From assembly GCA_044226015.1 (NCBI GenBank), contig JBGAHS010000004.1, forward strand, positions 288,001 through 352,000: 64,000 nucleotides of DNA. The letters run 5' to 3'. The position numbers and the translations under genes are program-made. Below are positions 47,661 to 57,120 of the stretch, piece by piece (the stretch's first letter is position 1; every line of letters starts with the position of its first letter). The DNA comes from Candidatus Obscuribacteraceae bacterium. GTDB lineage: Bacteria; Cyanobacteriota; Vampirovibrionia; Obscuribacterales; Obscuribacteraceae. A model generated the notes under the pieces. The model made no database searches, had not been told where the DNA came from, and saw only the letters and a list, made by a program, of their open reading frames with translations.

Positions 47661-49627
47661 AGCTAAACCTCACACTGGCTCAGAAAGCTTTTGTGCTAGT
47701 GTGCGTGCCGCTGGTGTTTGAAATTGCATTCGTTGCTACATTGGCAAATCTTTTGCAGCAAGCTGAGCATGAGAGAGCGCAAGAGGCTCATGCTAAAGAC
47801 TTGCAGGCTCACGTCAGCACTATTCTTGGGTTGATCGTTAACGTTGGCGCAGGGGTGATCATTCAAGAATATGCTAAGTCCAAAAGGGTTCACGCGTTCA
47901 ATGTTGGGGTAATCGACAGAGCCAAAGACGAATTTGAGACGTTAAAGCGTATGGTTCGTGGCCGCCCTGATGAAGAGCAAGCAATTAAGCACATCGAAGC
48001 CATTCACGAGGAAATTCGTGAAACCATGAAGAAGGCTAAGCAAGACTCGAAAGACGACAATAAGCTTGGTATGGTGCAAGACTTCGCAAATTTGCGCTCT
48101 GAGATTACCCGCTTCAGCTCTGCCGTTGCTGAGTTGAGTGCACAACAGAAAGAAATTGAACGCAAGAAATCGCGTGCCCGAGTGCAAGCGCGCTCGCGAG
48201 TTACGTCAATATTGTTTATCGGTTTATTTTTCAATATCACTCTTGCGGTGGGACTGGCTCTCTATTTCAATAGAGGTACCGCTCGACGAATGATCATTCT
48301 GATGGATAACACGCGCAGATTAGCGACAAGGATGCCGTTGAATCCTCCGATTGAAGGTGCCGATGAAATCGCGCACATGGACAAGACCTTTAGAGAAATG
48401 GCAGATGCGTTAGAGATTGCAGCTCAAAAAGAAAGAGCGGTAATCGAAAATGCAAAGGACATTATTTGCACCATCGACCAGCAATTCGTGTTCATTAATG
48501 TTAACCCGGCGTCCGTGTCCGTTTGGGGATATCCGACCGGTGAGCTAATCGGTAAGAGTGTGGATCTTTTGCTTTCGGAAGAACAGCAAATAAAATTCCG
48601 CGAGGAAATGGAAAAAATTCGTGGAAGCGAAAAATCAGTCCCATTTGAAGGCGCAATAACAAGAAAGGATGAGTCAGAGATTGAGATGCTCTGGTCGGTT
48701 CACTGGTCGAAGAAGGAAGAAAGCTTCTTTTGTGTGGTTCACGACATTACTGAGCGCAAGCAAATCGAACGCATGAAACGCGAGTTCGTGGCGATGGTAA
48801 GCCATGATTTGCGTACACCGCTTACTTCTATACAAGGTTTTCTTTCACTGCTTGAGGCTGGTGCCTACGGTGAAGTAAATGACTCCGGGAAGCACAGTTT
48901 GACCATTGCGGACAATAGCATCAGCAGACTAATTAAGTTGATCAATGATTTGCTTGATGTTGAGCGCATCGAATCTGGCAAGCTTGAGCTGAATGTTCAG
49001 ACCGTTTTGCTTTCGGAAATCTTTGAGCAGTCTCTGAATTCAGTGCAGAACTTCGCGCTTGACCATGGCGTGAAATTGGTTTCTCTAATTGGGGGGAAGG
49101 CTGAGCTAAGTGCTGTTGCCGCTTTTGCAGCACCTGGGGATGCCGCCGTTAGCGATGATGCTGCGGCTCAAATCGATAATGCTGCTGCCTCTGCCGTCGT
49201 CGCAGCAGCTATCGAATCTTCCACCGAGATTGACGACGCCGATGATTACGCCGATGATGATGATGACGTTCTCCTCAAGGTCGATGGCGATAGAATTATT
49301 CAGGTTGTAATCAACCTGCTCTCAAATGCCGTCAAGTTCTCCCCTAAAGACTCCACCGTAACACTTTCTGGGTGCGAGCTTGAGAATCGGTTTGTGGAAA
49401 TTAAAATTGCAGACGAGGGGCGAGGAATTCCCGCGGAATTTGTCGATAGTGTCTTTGAGAGGTTTAAGCAGGTCAAGAAAACCGATGCGAAAAACAAGAA
49501 AGGTACTGGGCTCGGATTGGCTATATGCAAAGCAATTGTCGAGAAGCACGGGGGGCAAATTGGCGTCACCAGTGTCGAAGGAAAAGGCAGTACTTTTTGG
49601 TTTCGCATCCCGAAAGAGTTATCATAG
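47657..49627 (+). CDS. Membrane sensor histidine kinase (periplasmic helical, HAMP, PAS, HisKA, HATPase) with an Ala/Asp-rich insertion
   Basis: Two TMs, SHDLRTPL, NAVKF and GTGLGL. ATGA overlap with xth. Confidence 0.92.
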   Translation: MKLNLTLAQKAFVLVCVPLVFEIAFVATLANLLQQAEHERAQEAHAKDLQAHVSTILGLIVNVGAGVIIQEYAKSKRVHAFNVGVIDRAKDEFETLKRMVRGRPDEEQAIKHIEAIHEEIRETMKKAKQDSKDDNKLGMVQDFANLRSEITRFSSAVAELSAQQKEIERKKSRARVQARSRVTSILFIGLFFNITLAVGLALYFNRGTARRMIILMDNTRRLATRMPLNPPIEGADEIAHMDKTFREMADALEIAAQKERAVIENAKDIICTIDQQFVFINVNPASVSVWGYPTGELIGKSVDLLLSEEQQIKFREEMEKIRGSEKSVPFEGAITRKDESEIEMLWSVHWSKKEESFFCVVHDITERKQIERMKREFVAMVSHDLRTPLTSIQGFLSLLEAGAYGEVNDSGKHSLTIADNSISRLIKLINDLLDVERIESGKLELNVQTVLLSEIFEQSLNSVQNFALDHGVKLVSLIGGKAELSAVAAFAAPGDAAVSDDAAAQIDNAAASAVVAAAIESSTEIDDADDYADDDDDVLLKVDGDRIIQVVINLLSNAVKFSPKDSTVTLSGCELENRFVEIKIADEGRGIPAEFVDSVFERFKQVKKTDAKNKKGTGLGLAICKAIVEKHGGQIGVTSVEGKGSTFWFRIPKELS

Positions 49628-49694
49628 TGGTCTACAATTGCCCTTTAATTGCTAAGAGGGACTTGTCGGGGCTGACTGGTTTGGAGTTTGGTGA

Positions 49695-50372
49695 ATGCCG
49701 AAAATCCTGGTGATAGAAGACGATTCGGGACTCAACCGCATGATTCGAGAGTGGTTGGTTTTCGAGCGAAATGATGTCGATTATGCCGAAAATGGTCGCG
49801 AAGGTCTTGAAAAGCTGCAGTGCTATGAGTACGACTGCGTCATTCTCGACTGGGAATTGCCCGAGATGAATGGAATCGAGGTTCTGCAGAAGTTTAGATC
49901 TCAAGGTAAGCCCACTCCTGTTTTGATGCTTACCGGGAAATCAACCATCGGTGACAAAGAACAAGGTTTTGATTCTGGGGCTGACGATTATCTGGTCAAG
50001 CCGTTTCATATGAAGGAACTATCTGCGAGACTTCGAGCGCTGATGAGACGAACACAAATAAATGTTAGCCAGGTGGTCGAAGCAAAGGGAATCCGTCTAG
50101 ATTCGGGCAGTTTTCGTGTCAAGCGCGGAGAAGAGGACATTCAGCTTTTGCCGAAGGAGTTTGCACTTCTAGAATTTTTGATGCGGCATGCTGACCAGGT
50201 TTTCTCGGCTGAGACGCTATTGAATCGGGTCTGGTCGTCAGATTCTGATGCCACCATCGATGCTATCACCACTTGCATCAAGAGAATACGTAAAAAGTTG
50301 GACAAAGAAGGGCAACCTTCAGTAATCAAAACAGTTCATGGCGTTGGATATAAATTTGACCCAACGAAATAA
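49695..50372 (+). CDS. OmpR-family response regulator
   Basis: IEDD, LDWELP, GADDYLVKPF and TVHGVGY. Confidence 0.93.
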   Translation: MPKILVIEDDSGLNRMIREWLVFERNDVDYAENGREGLEKLQCYEYDCVILDWELPEMNGIEVLQKFRSQGKPTPVLMLTGKSTIGDKEQGFDSGADDYLVKPFHMKELSARLRALMRRTQINVSQVVEAKGIRLDSGSFRVKRGEEDIQLLPKEFALLEFLMRHADQVFSAETLLNRVWSSDSDATIDAITTCIKRIRKKLDKEGQPSVIKTVHGVGYKFDPTK

Positions 50373-50389
50373 GTTCAAGACAGGCAAGG

Positions 50390-51973
50390 ATGCAAGAGGC
50401 GGAAAAAACATCAGCGCGAGATAAAGAAATTGAGTTACTGCGTGCAGAACTCGAGAAAGAACGCGCGTTGAGAGCTGCTGCAGAGCTTCAGCTAAAAGAT
50501 GAGAGAAAGCGCTTTGATGACATTCTTGACGCCCTGCCAGCTTTCATCTTCATCAAAGACGACAAGAATAACGTAATCTATATCAACCAGATGGCAGCCG
50601 AGGGGCGTGGATTAGAGCGCGCCGAGATGGAAGGAAAATCATGCTACGAGCTTTATCCCGACGATGGCTCGAAGTACTTTGAGGACGATCAGGAGGTGCT
50701 TCTAACTGGTGCTCCGAAGACGGGCATCATTGAGCAAATTCTGAGCCGTTCTGGTGAAAAGCGCTGGGTGAGTACATCTAAGATGCCCTGGCAAGATAGC
50801 CAATCTGGGCGACGCGGAGTTCTTGTTGTTGCATTTGATATTACCGATATTGTACGCCAGCAAGACCAGCGTGAGTCTTTAATGGCTGCCGTAGCCAAAG
50901 CACTGGAACTCAGTGAAGAGAGATATTACCTTGCTATTCGCGGCTCTAATGATGGTGTGTGGGATTGGAATCTTCGCACTAATGAAGTTTTTTATTCACC
51001 TCGCTACAAGGAATCGCTTGGTTATAGAGATGACGAGTTTCCAAATGTCTTTGACTCATTCCGAAATAACTTGCATCCTGATGACTCAGCGTTAGTAATG
51101 GAACGTGTTCGTGCGCACCTCGAGGACAAGGTTCCTTACGAAGCTGAATTCCGAATGCGGCACAAAAATGGAGAATGGAACTGGTTTTCGGCTCGTGGGC
51201 AAGCCATTTGGGATAAGGATGGTGTGCCTTATCGAATGGCTGGTAGCCAGCGTGACATCACAGATAGGAAGCAAGTCGAGCAAAACGTCAATGAGTTCTT
51301 CTCGACAGTGTCGCACGAATTGCGGACGCCACTATCGGCGGTGAAGGGATCGTTGCGGCTCATTGAAGGCGGTCTTGCAGGGCAAATTTCTAACGAGTCT
51401 CGTGAGTTGCTCGACATAGCACTCTCAAGCTGTGAGCGCTTGATTCGTCTGGTTAACGACATTCTTGATTTGCGAAAAATCGAAGCCGGAAAATTGGAGC
51501 TGCAGATTAATAAAGAATGTGCTGGTGACTTGATTGATAAAGTGCTTTCAGAGCTGCTCTCTTATGCGGATGCTCATGGTGTGACACTTTCGAAAAGCTG
51601 TGCAGATAATCTGATGCTCGAAGTAGATCATGATCGTGTCGTGCAGGTTTTGACGAACCTGGTCGGTAACGCAATTAAGTTTTCCGGCAGTGGTGCGCAG
51701 GTAATGGTTCGGGTTGAGCAGCTTCGTCCCGAGTCAATTCGTTTTGCAGTCATAGACTCTGGTCCTGGCATTCCTGAAGACCAGCATCACTTGCTTTTCA
51801 TGAAATTCAAGCAACTTGATGCTTCCGATTCTCGCCGTCAAGATGGTACAGGGCTAGGCCTTGCGATTTGCAAAGCTATAACGCTGCAACACCACGGCTC
51901 TATTGGAGTGAATAGCCGCCAGGGGGAAGGCTGTGAATTCTGGTTTGAACTGCCAGTGAAGTTCAGCAAATAA
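50390..51973 (+). CDS. Cytoplasmic PAS-PAS histidine kinase
   Basis: Two PAS/PAC domains (GVWDWN, LHPDD), SHELRTPL and HATPase boxes. Confidence 0.93.
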   Translation: MQEAEKTSARDKEIELLRAELEKERALRAAAELQLKDERKRFDDILDALPAFIFIKDDKNNVIYINQMAAEGRGLERAEMEGKSCYELYPDDGSKYFEDDQEVLLTGAPKTGIIEQILSRSGEKRWVSTSKMPWQDSQSGRRGVLVVAFDITDIVRQQDQRESLMAAVAKALELSEERYYLAIRGSNDGVWDWNLRTNEVFYSPRYKESLGYRDDEFPNVFDSFRNNLHPDDSALVMERVRAHLEDKVPYEAEFRMRHKNGEWNWFSARGQAIWDKDGVPYRMAGSQRDITDRKQVEQNVNEFFSTVSHELRTPLSAVKGSLRLIEGGLAGQISNESRELLDIALSSCERLIRLVNDILDLRKIEAGKLELQINKECAGDLIDKVLSELLSYADAHGVTLSKSCADNLMLEVDHDRVVQVLTNLVGNAIKFSGSGAQVMVRVEQLRPESIRFAVIDSGPGIPEDQHHLLFMKFKQLDASDSRRQDGTGLGLAICKAITLQHHGSIGVNSRQGEGCEFWFELPVKFSK

Positions 51974-51995
51974 CTGAACTTCGTTTTGTGAAGAG

Positions 51996-53621
51996 CTATT
52001 CTGCTTTGTCTTCAATCGCTTGTGCGCGTTTTTCAATTTCCTGGGCTTCTTTGTTGCGCTTTTGTTCTCGCAGCATTGTCGCGTAGTTTCGTAAGCTGGC
52101 GTCAAGCCGCACGTCGTTTGGTCCGTAGAGCTTTTCTCTCAGCGCGATTACTTCTTTGTACAACGACTCTGCTTGCTCGTATTTCTTCTCTTCTCGGTAA
52201 ATGCGTGCGAGATTTTGCATGCTCGTCGCAACGTCAGATTGGCTCGCAAATGGTGAGGCTTTTCTGCAATCGAGACACCTTTGCAAATACTCAGCCGCTT
52301 CCTTACGCTTTCCTTCTTCCTTGTACAAAAGACCTAGATCATTGAGCGTGCTCATTGTGTCAGGTGCCGCTTCGCCAAGTGATTTTGTTCGTATGTCTAG
52401 AACTCGCTTCATCAATGTTTCGGCTTCGGCGAATTTGCCTTGCACACGCTGTAGCTCACCCAAATTGTATAAATAGTTAGCAAGTTCCGGAGCATTTGGA
52501 CCCGATTGTTTCTCTACAATCGAAACTGCTTTTCTCAGCAATGTATTTGCTTCCGCAAATTTTTCCTGTTGAATCAAAACGAATCCCATGCTGTTCATCA
52601 CATCAGCTGATGCTGAGCTGTCTGCGCCGTACACCTTTGTCCTTATTGCAAGGGCTTGCTTGTATAGCGGAAGCGCTTGCTCGAAATCGCCTTGCTCTCG
52701 CAGGCACATTGCTAAATTCATCAGCGCTGTAGCTGTGTTTTTGCTTTCTGATCCGCTATTTTCTTTGCTGAGTGCCAGAGCTTTTCTCAGCAACGGTTCC
52801 GCTTTCTCGAATTTGCTTTCTTCTCTATATAGCCTTGCCAGGTTTGTTAGTGAAGCGGTTAAATCTGTTTTCTGAAGACCTGGAAGACCTTCTCGAATGC
52901 GCAGAGCGCGTCGGTATAACTCTTCGGCTTGTGATTGCTTTTCCTGCGAACGCAAACATGTTGCTAAATTATTGCAAGCAATTGCAAGCTCATTGCTCTT
53001 TTCGCCTTTGGCTTTTTCTGTTATCGCTAGTGATTTGCGTAGTAACTGTTCTGCTTCCGTGAATTGTCCTGTGGAGCTTTGAAGCGCAGCAATATCATTG
53101 AGAATGCCAGCTGCTTGCATTGAGTCGGCTCCGAATGATTTGTTTACCAGGCTCTCTTCATCACGGTACAGCAATAGGCAATCATCGAAGCGCTTTTGTT
53201 TTTTGTATAGGCTCGATAGGTTTTTGTAAACAGTCAAATCTGGCTTCACTTCATCTGCTTTTAGTTCGATCGCTTTTTTGTACTCTGTCTCGGCTTCTGC
53301 AAGCTTTCCCTCTGCCTCAAAAACGAGCGCAATACTGTTTTCTATGCGGCTCTTTCGAATGTCTCCTTTGGAGAATTCAGCTGAAATCTTTTTTGCTTCC
53401 AGAAATGATTTTTCTGCTGCCGCGAAGTCACGCTTTTTGTAAGCGGCTGTTCCTGCATCTTCCAAAGTGCCGAACTGTACCCCAGCTTGAGCTGTGACTG
53501 GATGGTTGCTTGATAAGCACGCAACCCAAATTATGAAAGCGCCCTGCTTCCAAATCTTGTTTTTTAAGCTACTCCAGTTAAAACGCAAAATTACTCCATT
53601 GGAATCGCAAGAGTAGTTCAT
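51996..53621 (-). CDS. TPR protein with kinesin-light-chain-like 42-aa repeats
   Basis: Repeated LNNLA.L...G.Y.EAE.L..RAL.I.EK..G units. Confidence 0.88.
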   Translation of the reverse strand: MNYSCDSNGVILRFNWSSLKNKIWKQGAFIIWVACLSSNHPVTAQAGVQFGTLEDAGTAAYKKRDFAAAEKSFLEAKKISAEFSKGDIRKSRIENSIALVFEAEGKLAEAETEYKKAIELKADEVKPDLTVYKNLSSLYKKQKRFDDCLLLYRDEESLVNKSFGADSMQAAGILNDIAALQSSTGQFTEAEQLLRKSLAITEKAKGEKSNELAIACNNLATCLRSQEKQSQAEELYRRALRIREGLPGLQKTDLTASLTNLARLYREESKFEKAEPLLRKALALSKENSGSESKNTATALMNLAMCLREQGDFEQALPLYKQALAIRTKVYGADSSASADVMNSMGFVLIQQEKFAEANTLLRKAVSIVEKQSGPNAPELANYLYNLGELQRVQGKFAEAETLMKRVLDIRTKSLGEAAPDTMSTLNDLGLLYKEEGKRKEAAEYLQRCLDCRKASPFASQSDVATSMQNLARIYREEKKYEQAESLYKEVIALREKLYGPNDVRLDASLRNYATMLREQKRNKEAQEIEKRAQAIEDKAE

Positions 53622-53689
53622 TTCGAACAGATTTCGCCAATGCGAAAGAGCCTTAGAATTCTAGCAGTTTCGTCACTGCAATGAAGGCA

Positions 53690-54298
53690 TCAGGTCTTCG
53701 ATGTGACTTCCAGCACATTTTGCGCCGTCACTCTAAATGTCTTGGTATCGGCAGCGCCAGCTCTATTTTTGCCCTGGATTTCGAGAAGCCAAGCATTTGC
53801 ACCATTACGCAATAATCTGGCACCATCAAACTCTGAAAGCTGGCATTCAGTGAACGTAAGAAAGTTCAAATTGTCCCTTGTAATCAATAAAGTTAAAGAG
53901 CTGGGTTTGCTACCTGAGGGGGCGAACACCATGATCTGTCGAATGTTTGGAGCTCGACCATATGTTCGGTGCCAGGCAAGCTTCTTGCGAAAGTTTATCG
54001 CAAAAGTTTCCCCATTATCACTGTATAGAGCTTCCTGTTTTTTTCCGGGGAACTTGACGCTGCCGAATTCTTGCTTGTGCATCGGCTGTATTATTCCCAG
54101 TGATTTAAGCAAGAGATCGCACCCTGGCTGACCCTGCAGCGCCTTGAAGAGCATTTGTTCGAAGCCTGTCGAATGAGCGATCACGCTTTCAATATAATTT
54201 TGTTTTTCTGGTGCTGCGCATTTGCCCTCAAGACTCAAGGTTGAGAATGTCAGTAATAACACTAGTAGCAAAATTTGCTTAAACTGCTTAGTATTCAT
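53690..54298 (-). CDS. Secreted hypothetical protein
   Basis: Signal-peptide-like N-terminus; no motif recognised. Confidence 0.6.
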   Translation of the reverse strand: MNTKQFKQILLLVLLLTFSTLSLEGKCAAPEKQNYIESVIAHSTGFEQMLFKALQGQPGCDLLLKSLGIIQPMHKQEFGSVKFPGKKQEALYSDNGETFAINFRKKLAWHRTYGRAPNIRQIMVFAPSGSKPSSLTLLITRDNLNFLTFTECQLSEFDGARLLRNGANAWLLEIQGKNRAGAADTKTFRVTAQNVLEVTSKT

Positions 54299-54448
54299 GA
54301 GCTATGCCTGCGCCGATTCGACTATTTTAGACTATTTCTTACTCAAGCGATCATGACTGCGTGGTGACCTCGGTCATCTTTACAGTAAATGTTTCAGCGA
54401 ATACGATAAATGTTGACGACGTGGCTGACAATTCAAAGGAGTTCGCTT

Positions 54449-55420
54449 GTGACCGAATCACAGGTTATCGCTGAGCTTTCCAATTTGACCAAGTTTTATT
54501 CAAACGGAAAGATTAAAGCACTTGATGATGTGAGTTTGCAGATTTATCAGGGCGAAATATTTGGGTTGATCGGTCCTAACGGTGCTGGCAAAACCACGAT
54601 GATTGGTTGTTTGCTTGGTCTGTTGAGACCTGACTCTGGAATTGTTTCTGTTAACGGCAGGTCGCCAGAGTTTCATTCTGTGCACGCGATGCTTGGTTAT
54701 ATGCCTGAGCGTCCGGATTTTGAACACTGGATGACGGGAAGGCAATTCCTTGATTATCATCACGAGCTTGCAAGGAAAGACCCGCACACGAGGAAGGCTG
54801 ATGTGGCTGAGGCTCTTGAGTTTGTAGAACTCAAACCTGACTCGTGGGACAGGAGACTGAAAACATATTCGCGGGGCATGCTGCAACGCTTGAACCTTGC
54901 GCAGATGAGCCTCGGGAAGGGTCAGCTTCTTTTGATGGATGAACCGACCTTAGGGCTTGACCCGACGGGGGTCGCGGTGGTGCGCAAATTCATCAACAGA
55001 GCGCGCGAGCAGAAAATTACTGCCATCATCAATTCTCATCAGCTTGATGAAATAGAACGGTTGTGCGATCGCGTTGCGTTTATTCGCAACGGCAAAATCG
55101 CTGCTATCGAAAAGTTGAAAGAAGAAGAGTTCTGCGACTATGTAATTTGTTTGCGCCTGAGTCCGCATGAAATGAATGGAACAGGCGAGACGAAGCTGCG
55201 AGAAATTGGTGAGTCCTCGCAGTCTATTCTGAATGAGTACAAAGAGAGGCACGCCAAGTTTGTTGTGAAAGATGGAAAACATGCCGGGCTTTTGATTAAA
55301 GACCTTGTGAGTGCGGGAATCTTCGTAGAGGAGGCGGTTCCCGAACGAAGTAGGTTAGAGCAATTGTTCCTCGGGGGTGGCAATTCGCGTAATGAGCAAA
55401 CTGAATCTTCGGAGAAATAA
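54449..55420 (+). CDS. ABC-2 type exporter ATP-binding protein
   Basis: GPNGAGKT, YSRGM, MDEPT and SH. GTG start after AAGGAG. Confidence 0.92.
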   Translation: MTESQVIAELSNLTKFYSNGKIKALDDVSLQIYQGEIFGLIGPNGAGKTTMIGCLLGLLRPDSGIVSVNGRSPEFHSVHAMLGYMPERPDFEHWMTGRQFLDYHHELARKDPHTRKADVAEALEFVELKPDSWDRRLKTYSRGMLQRLNLAQMSLGKGQLLLMDEPTLGLDPTGVAVVRKFINRAREQKITAIINSHQLDEIERLCDRVAFIRNGKIAAIEKLKEEEFCDYVICLRLSPHEMNGTGETKLREIGESSQSILNEYKERHAKFVVKDGKHAGLLIKDLVSAGIFVEEAVPERSRLEQLFLGGGNSRNEQTESSEK

Positions 55421-55422
55421 TC

Positions 55423-56226
55423 GTGTGGTTCAATAAAGCCGTATTCAAATTCACAGTAATGTCTGCCTGCCTGGACCACATGAAGCTGGCTTATGTAGCC
55501 CTTCTGGGGTTCGTGGTGCCCATTGGAATGAAACTAGCAGCGCTCTATCATGGCTCTGCCGATTCGCAAACATTCGAGATGCTTACAGGAAAAGTTGGCG
55601 TTTCGTTTATTCTTATGGTTCTCTGTCTTGGTTTAGCCGGGAACTCTACGACTCAATCAGGGCGCGGTGGAGAGTACTTGCCGCTTTTATTTTCCCGACC
55701 AGTAAGCCGCTGCGAGTATGTTTTCACTAAATGGGTCACCATCACCTTAATTGGTGGCACCCTCGCCGCATTTCAAAATGTCTTAATTGTGGCGTGCGGA
55801 CTTTTCTTTGGTGAGCAAACTTCTTCTACAGGGCTCACCAGCATGCTGATCGAACGATTTTTAGATGCTGGTATCATCTCTGCCGGAATGTTATGGTCAA
55901 TGTTGAATAAGCATCCAGTGTTCCAGATTATTTCTATTTGCGCATTCTATGTTTGGATGATGGGTCAGACAGTTCCACCAGTGAGTGTTGCTGGTCCGCA
56001 AGCCGAGGGCGTTGATCAATTGGCGCTTGAGGCGACCAAAATTATGCTCGACAGCTCGGGCTACATTGGAGATTTGATTTTGCCTGGCATAAACGTTTAC
56101 GATATGTTGCACTCACATATGTTCTCCATTTTGCCTGCCATAGCTTATTTTTCGACCTTGTCCATCTATATTACCGGTGCCATAATCTCTACAAACAAGC
56201 GGGAGTTTTTCTATGGAACCACATAA
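55423..56226 (+). CDS. ABC-2 type permease
   Basis: About 6 TM segments; LFSRPVSRCEYVFTKW. Confidence 0.85.
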   Translation: MWFNKAVFKFTVMSACLDHMKLAYVALLGFVVPIGMKLAALYHGSADSQTFEMLTGKVGVSFILMVLCLGLAGNSTTQSGRGGEYLPLLFSRPVSRCEYVFTKWVTITLIGGTLAAFQNVLIVACGLFFGEQTSSTGLTSMLIERFLDAGIISAGMLWSMLNKHPVFQIISICAFYVWMMGQTVPPVSVAGPQAEGVDQLALEATKIMLDSSGYIGDLILPGINVYDMLHSHMFSILPAIAYFSTLSIYITGAIISTNKREFFYGTT

Positions 56227-56776
56227 AGACTTCAAGCTGACGAGTACTCCGCGAATTTTGCTCACTATAACGGCACTACTGCTGGTGGCACGTGTTGGGC
56301 TAACTATCGTTGATTTCATGCATCCCTCTCAGCCAGGTCGCGCTGTCACATGGATAGACTCCAATAGTTACAAGGCTGACCCAGCCGAGCCGCGTAAGCT
56401 CAAGCTTTATGAGTTCTACGCCGGTTGGTGCAGTCCATGTCTGCGTCTGGAACATGATGTTATGACAAACAGCGAAATTCGAGAAGCTATCGAAAAGAAT
56501 TTTGTGCCAATCAGAGTTGTTGATCGGCAGCGTGAAGATGGACACAATTCCAAAGAAATCACTGCTTTGCAAAAACGCTATCGTGTATTTGCATTTCCAA
56601 CGCTAGTGGCTGTAGGTGAGGATGGCGAGCCGATTGCATTGTTAGTTGGAAACTCTTCTTCGCTTGGAGTTTATAGATTCGTTTCCAGGGTGATTAGCGA
56701 TCAGCGTTCAATGCAAAAACGAACTGCGCAAACAATTGCACCACTGCGCGAATTGAAGCACTCGCTAATTAAATAG
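56213..56776 (+). CDS. Membrane-anchored thioredoxin-family protein
   Basis: N-terminal TM, FYAGWCSPC, FPT cis-Pro loop; overlaps the permease stop. Confidence 0.88.
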   Translation: MEPHKDFKLTSTPRILLTITALLLVARVGLTIVDFMHPSQPGRAVTWIDSNSYKADPAEPRKLKLYEFYAGWCSPCLRLEHDVMTNSEIREAIEKNFVPIRVVDRQREDGHNSKEITALQKRYRVFAFPTLVAVGEDGEPIALLVGNSSSLGVYRFVSRVISDQRSMQKRTAQTIAPLRELKHSLIK

Positions 56777-56809
56777 CTCTTCCGATGTATAAATACAGGC
56801 GCGTAGAAG

Positions 56810-56893
56810 CGCGAGTATAGAAAGAATTTTCGCGAGTATAGGACGAATCTTCGCGTTGGTATGCTCAGAAGCCGCCATCCTGGCGGCGCTCCC
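56810..56893. repeat. 21-bp tandem units followed by a REP-like palindrome
   Basis: CGCGAGTATAG at 56810 and 56831; GAAGCCGCCATCCTGGCGGCGCTCCC at 56868-56893. Confidence 0.8.
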
Positions 56894-56979
56894 CTGTGGA
56901 GACTGAGTGCCGTGCCGTCAATGCGTATCTAGTGAAAGAATCAAAGGACCCGTGTGTCACAGCGTGGCAACGGAAAATC

Positions 56980-57011
56980 AAAAGACCCGCGCTGCAGGGC
57001 ACGGGTCTTTT
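56980..57011. terminator. Probable bidirectional intrinsic terminator downstream of nrdB
   Basis: AAAAGACCCGCGC-TGCAGG-GCACGGGTCTTTT between convergent genes. Confidence 0.7.
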
Positions 57012-57120
57012 GTGTTCGGTTCGGTTCGAAAAAGAGGAAAAACTTTTGGAGAGCCGAGAAACGTGCGGTTAAATTCGTGCAGTGAATCTATGCACGTTTC
57101 TCGGAAATGACGGATTAAAC

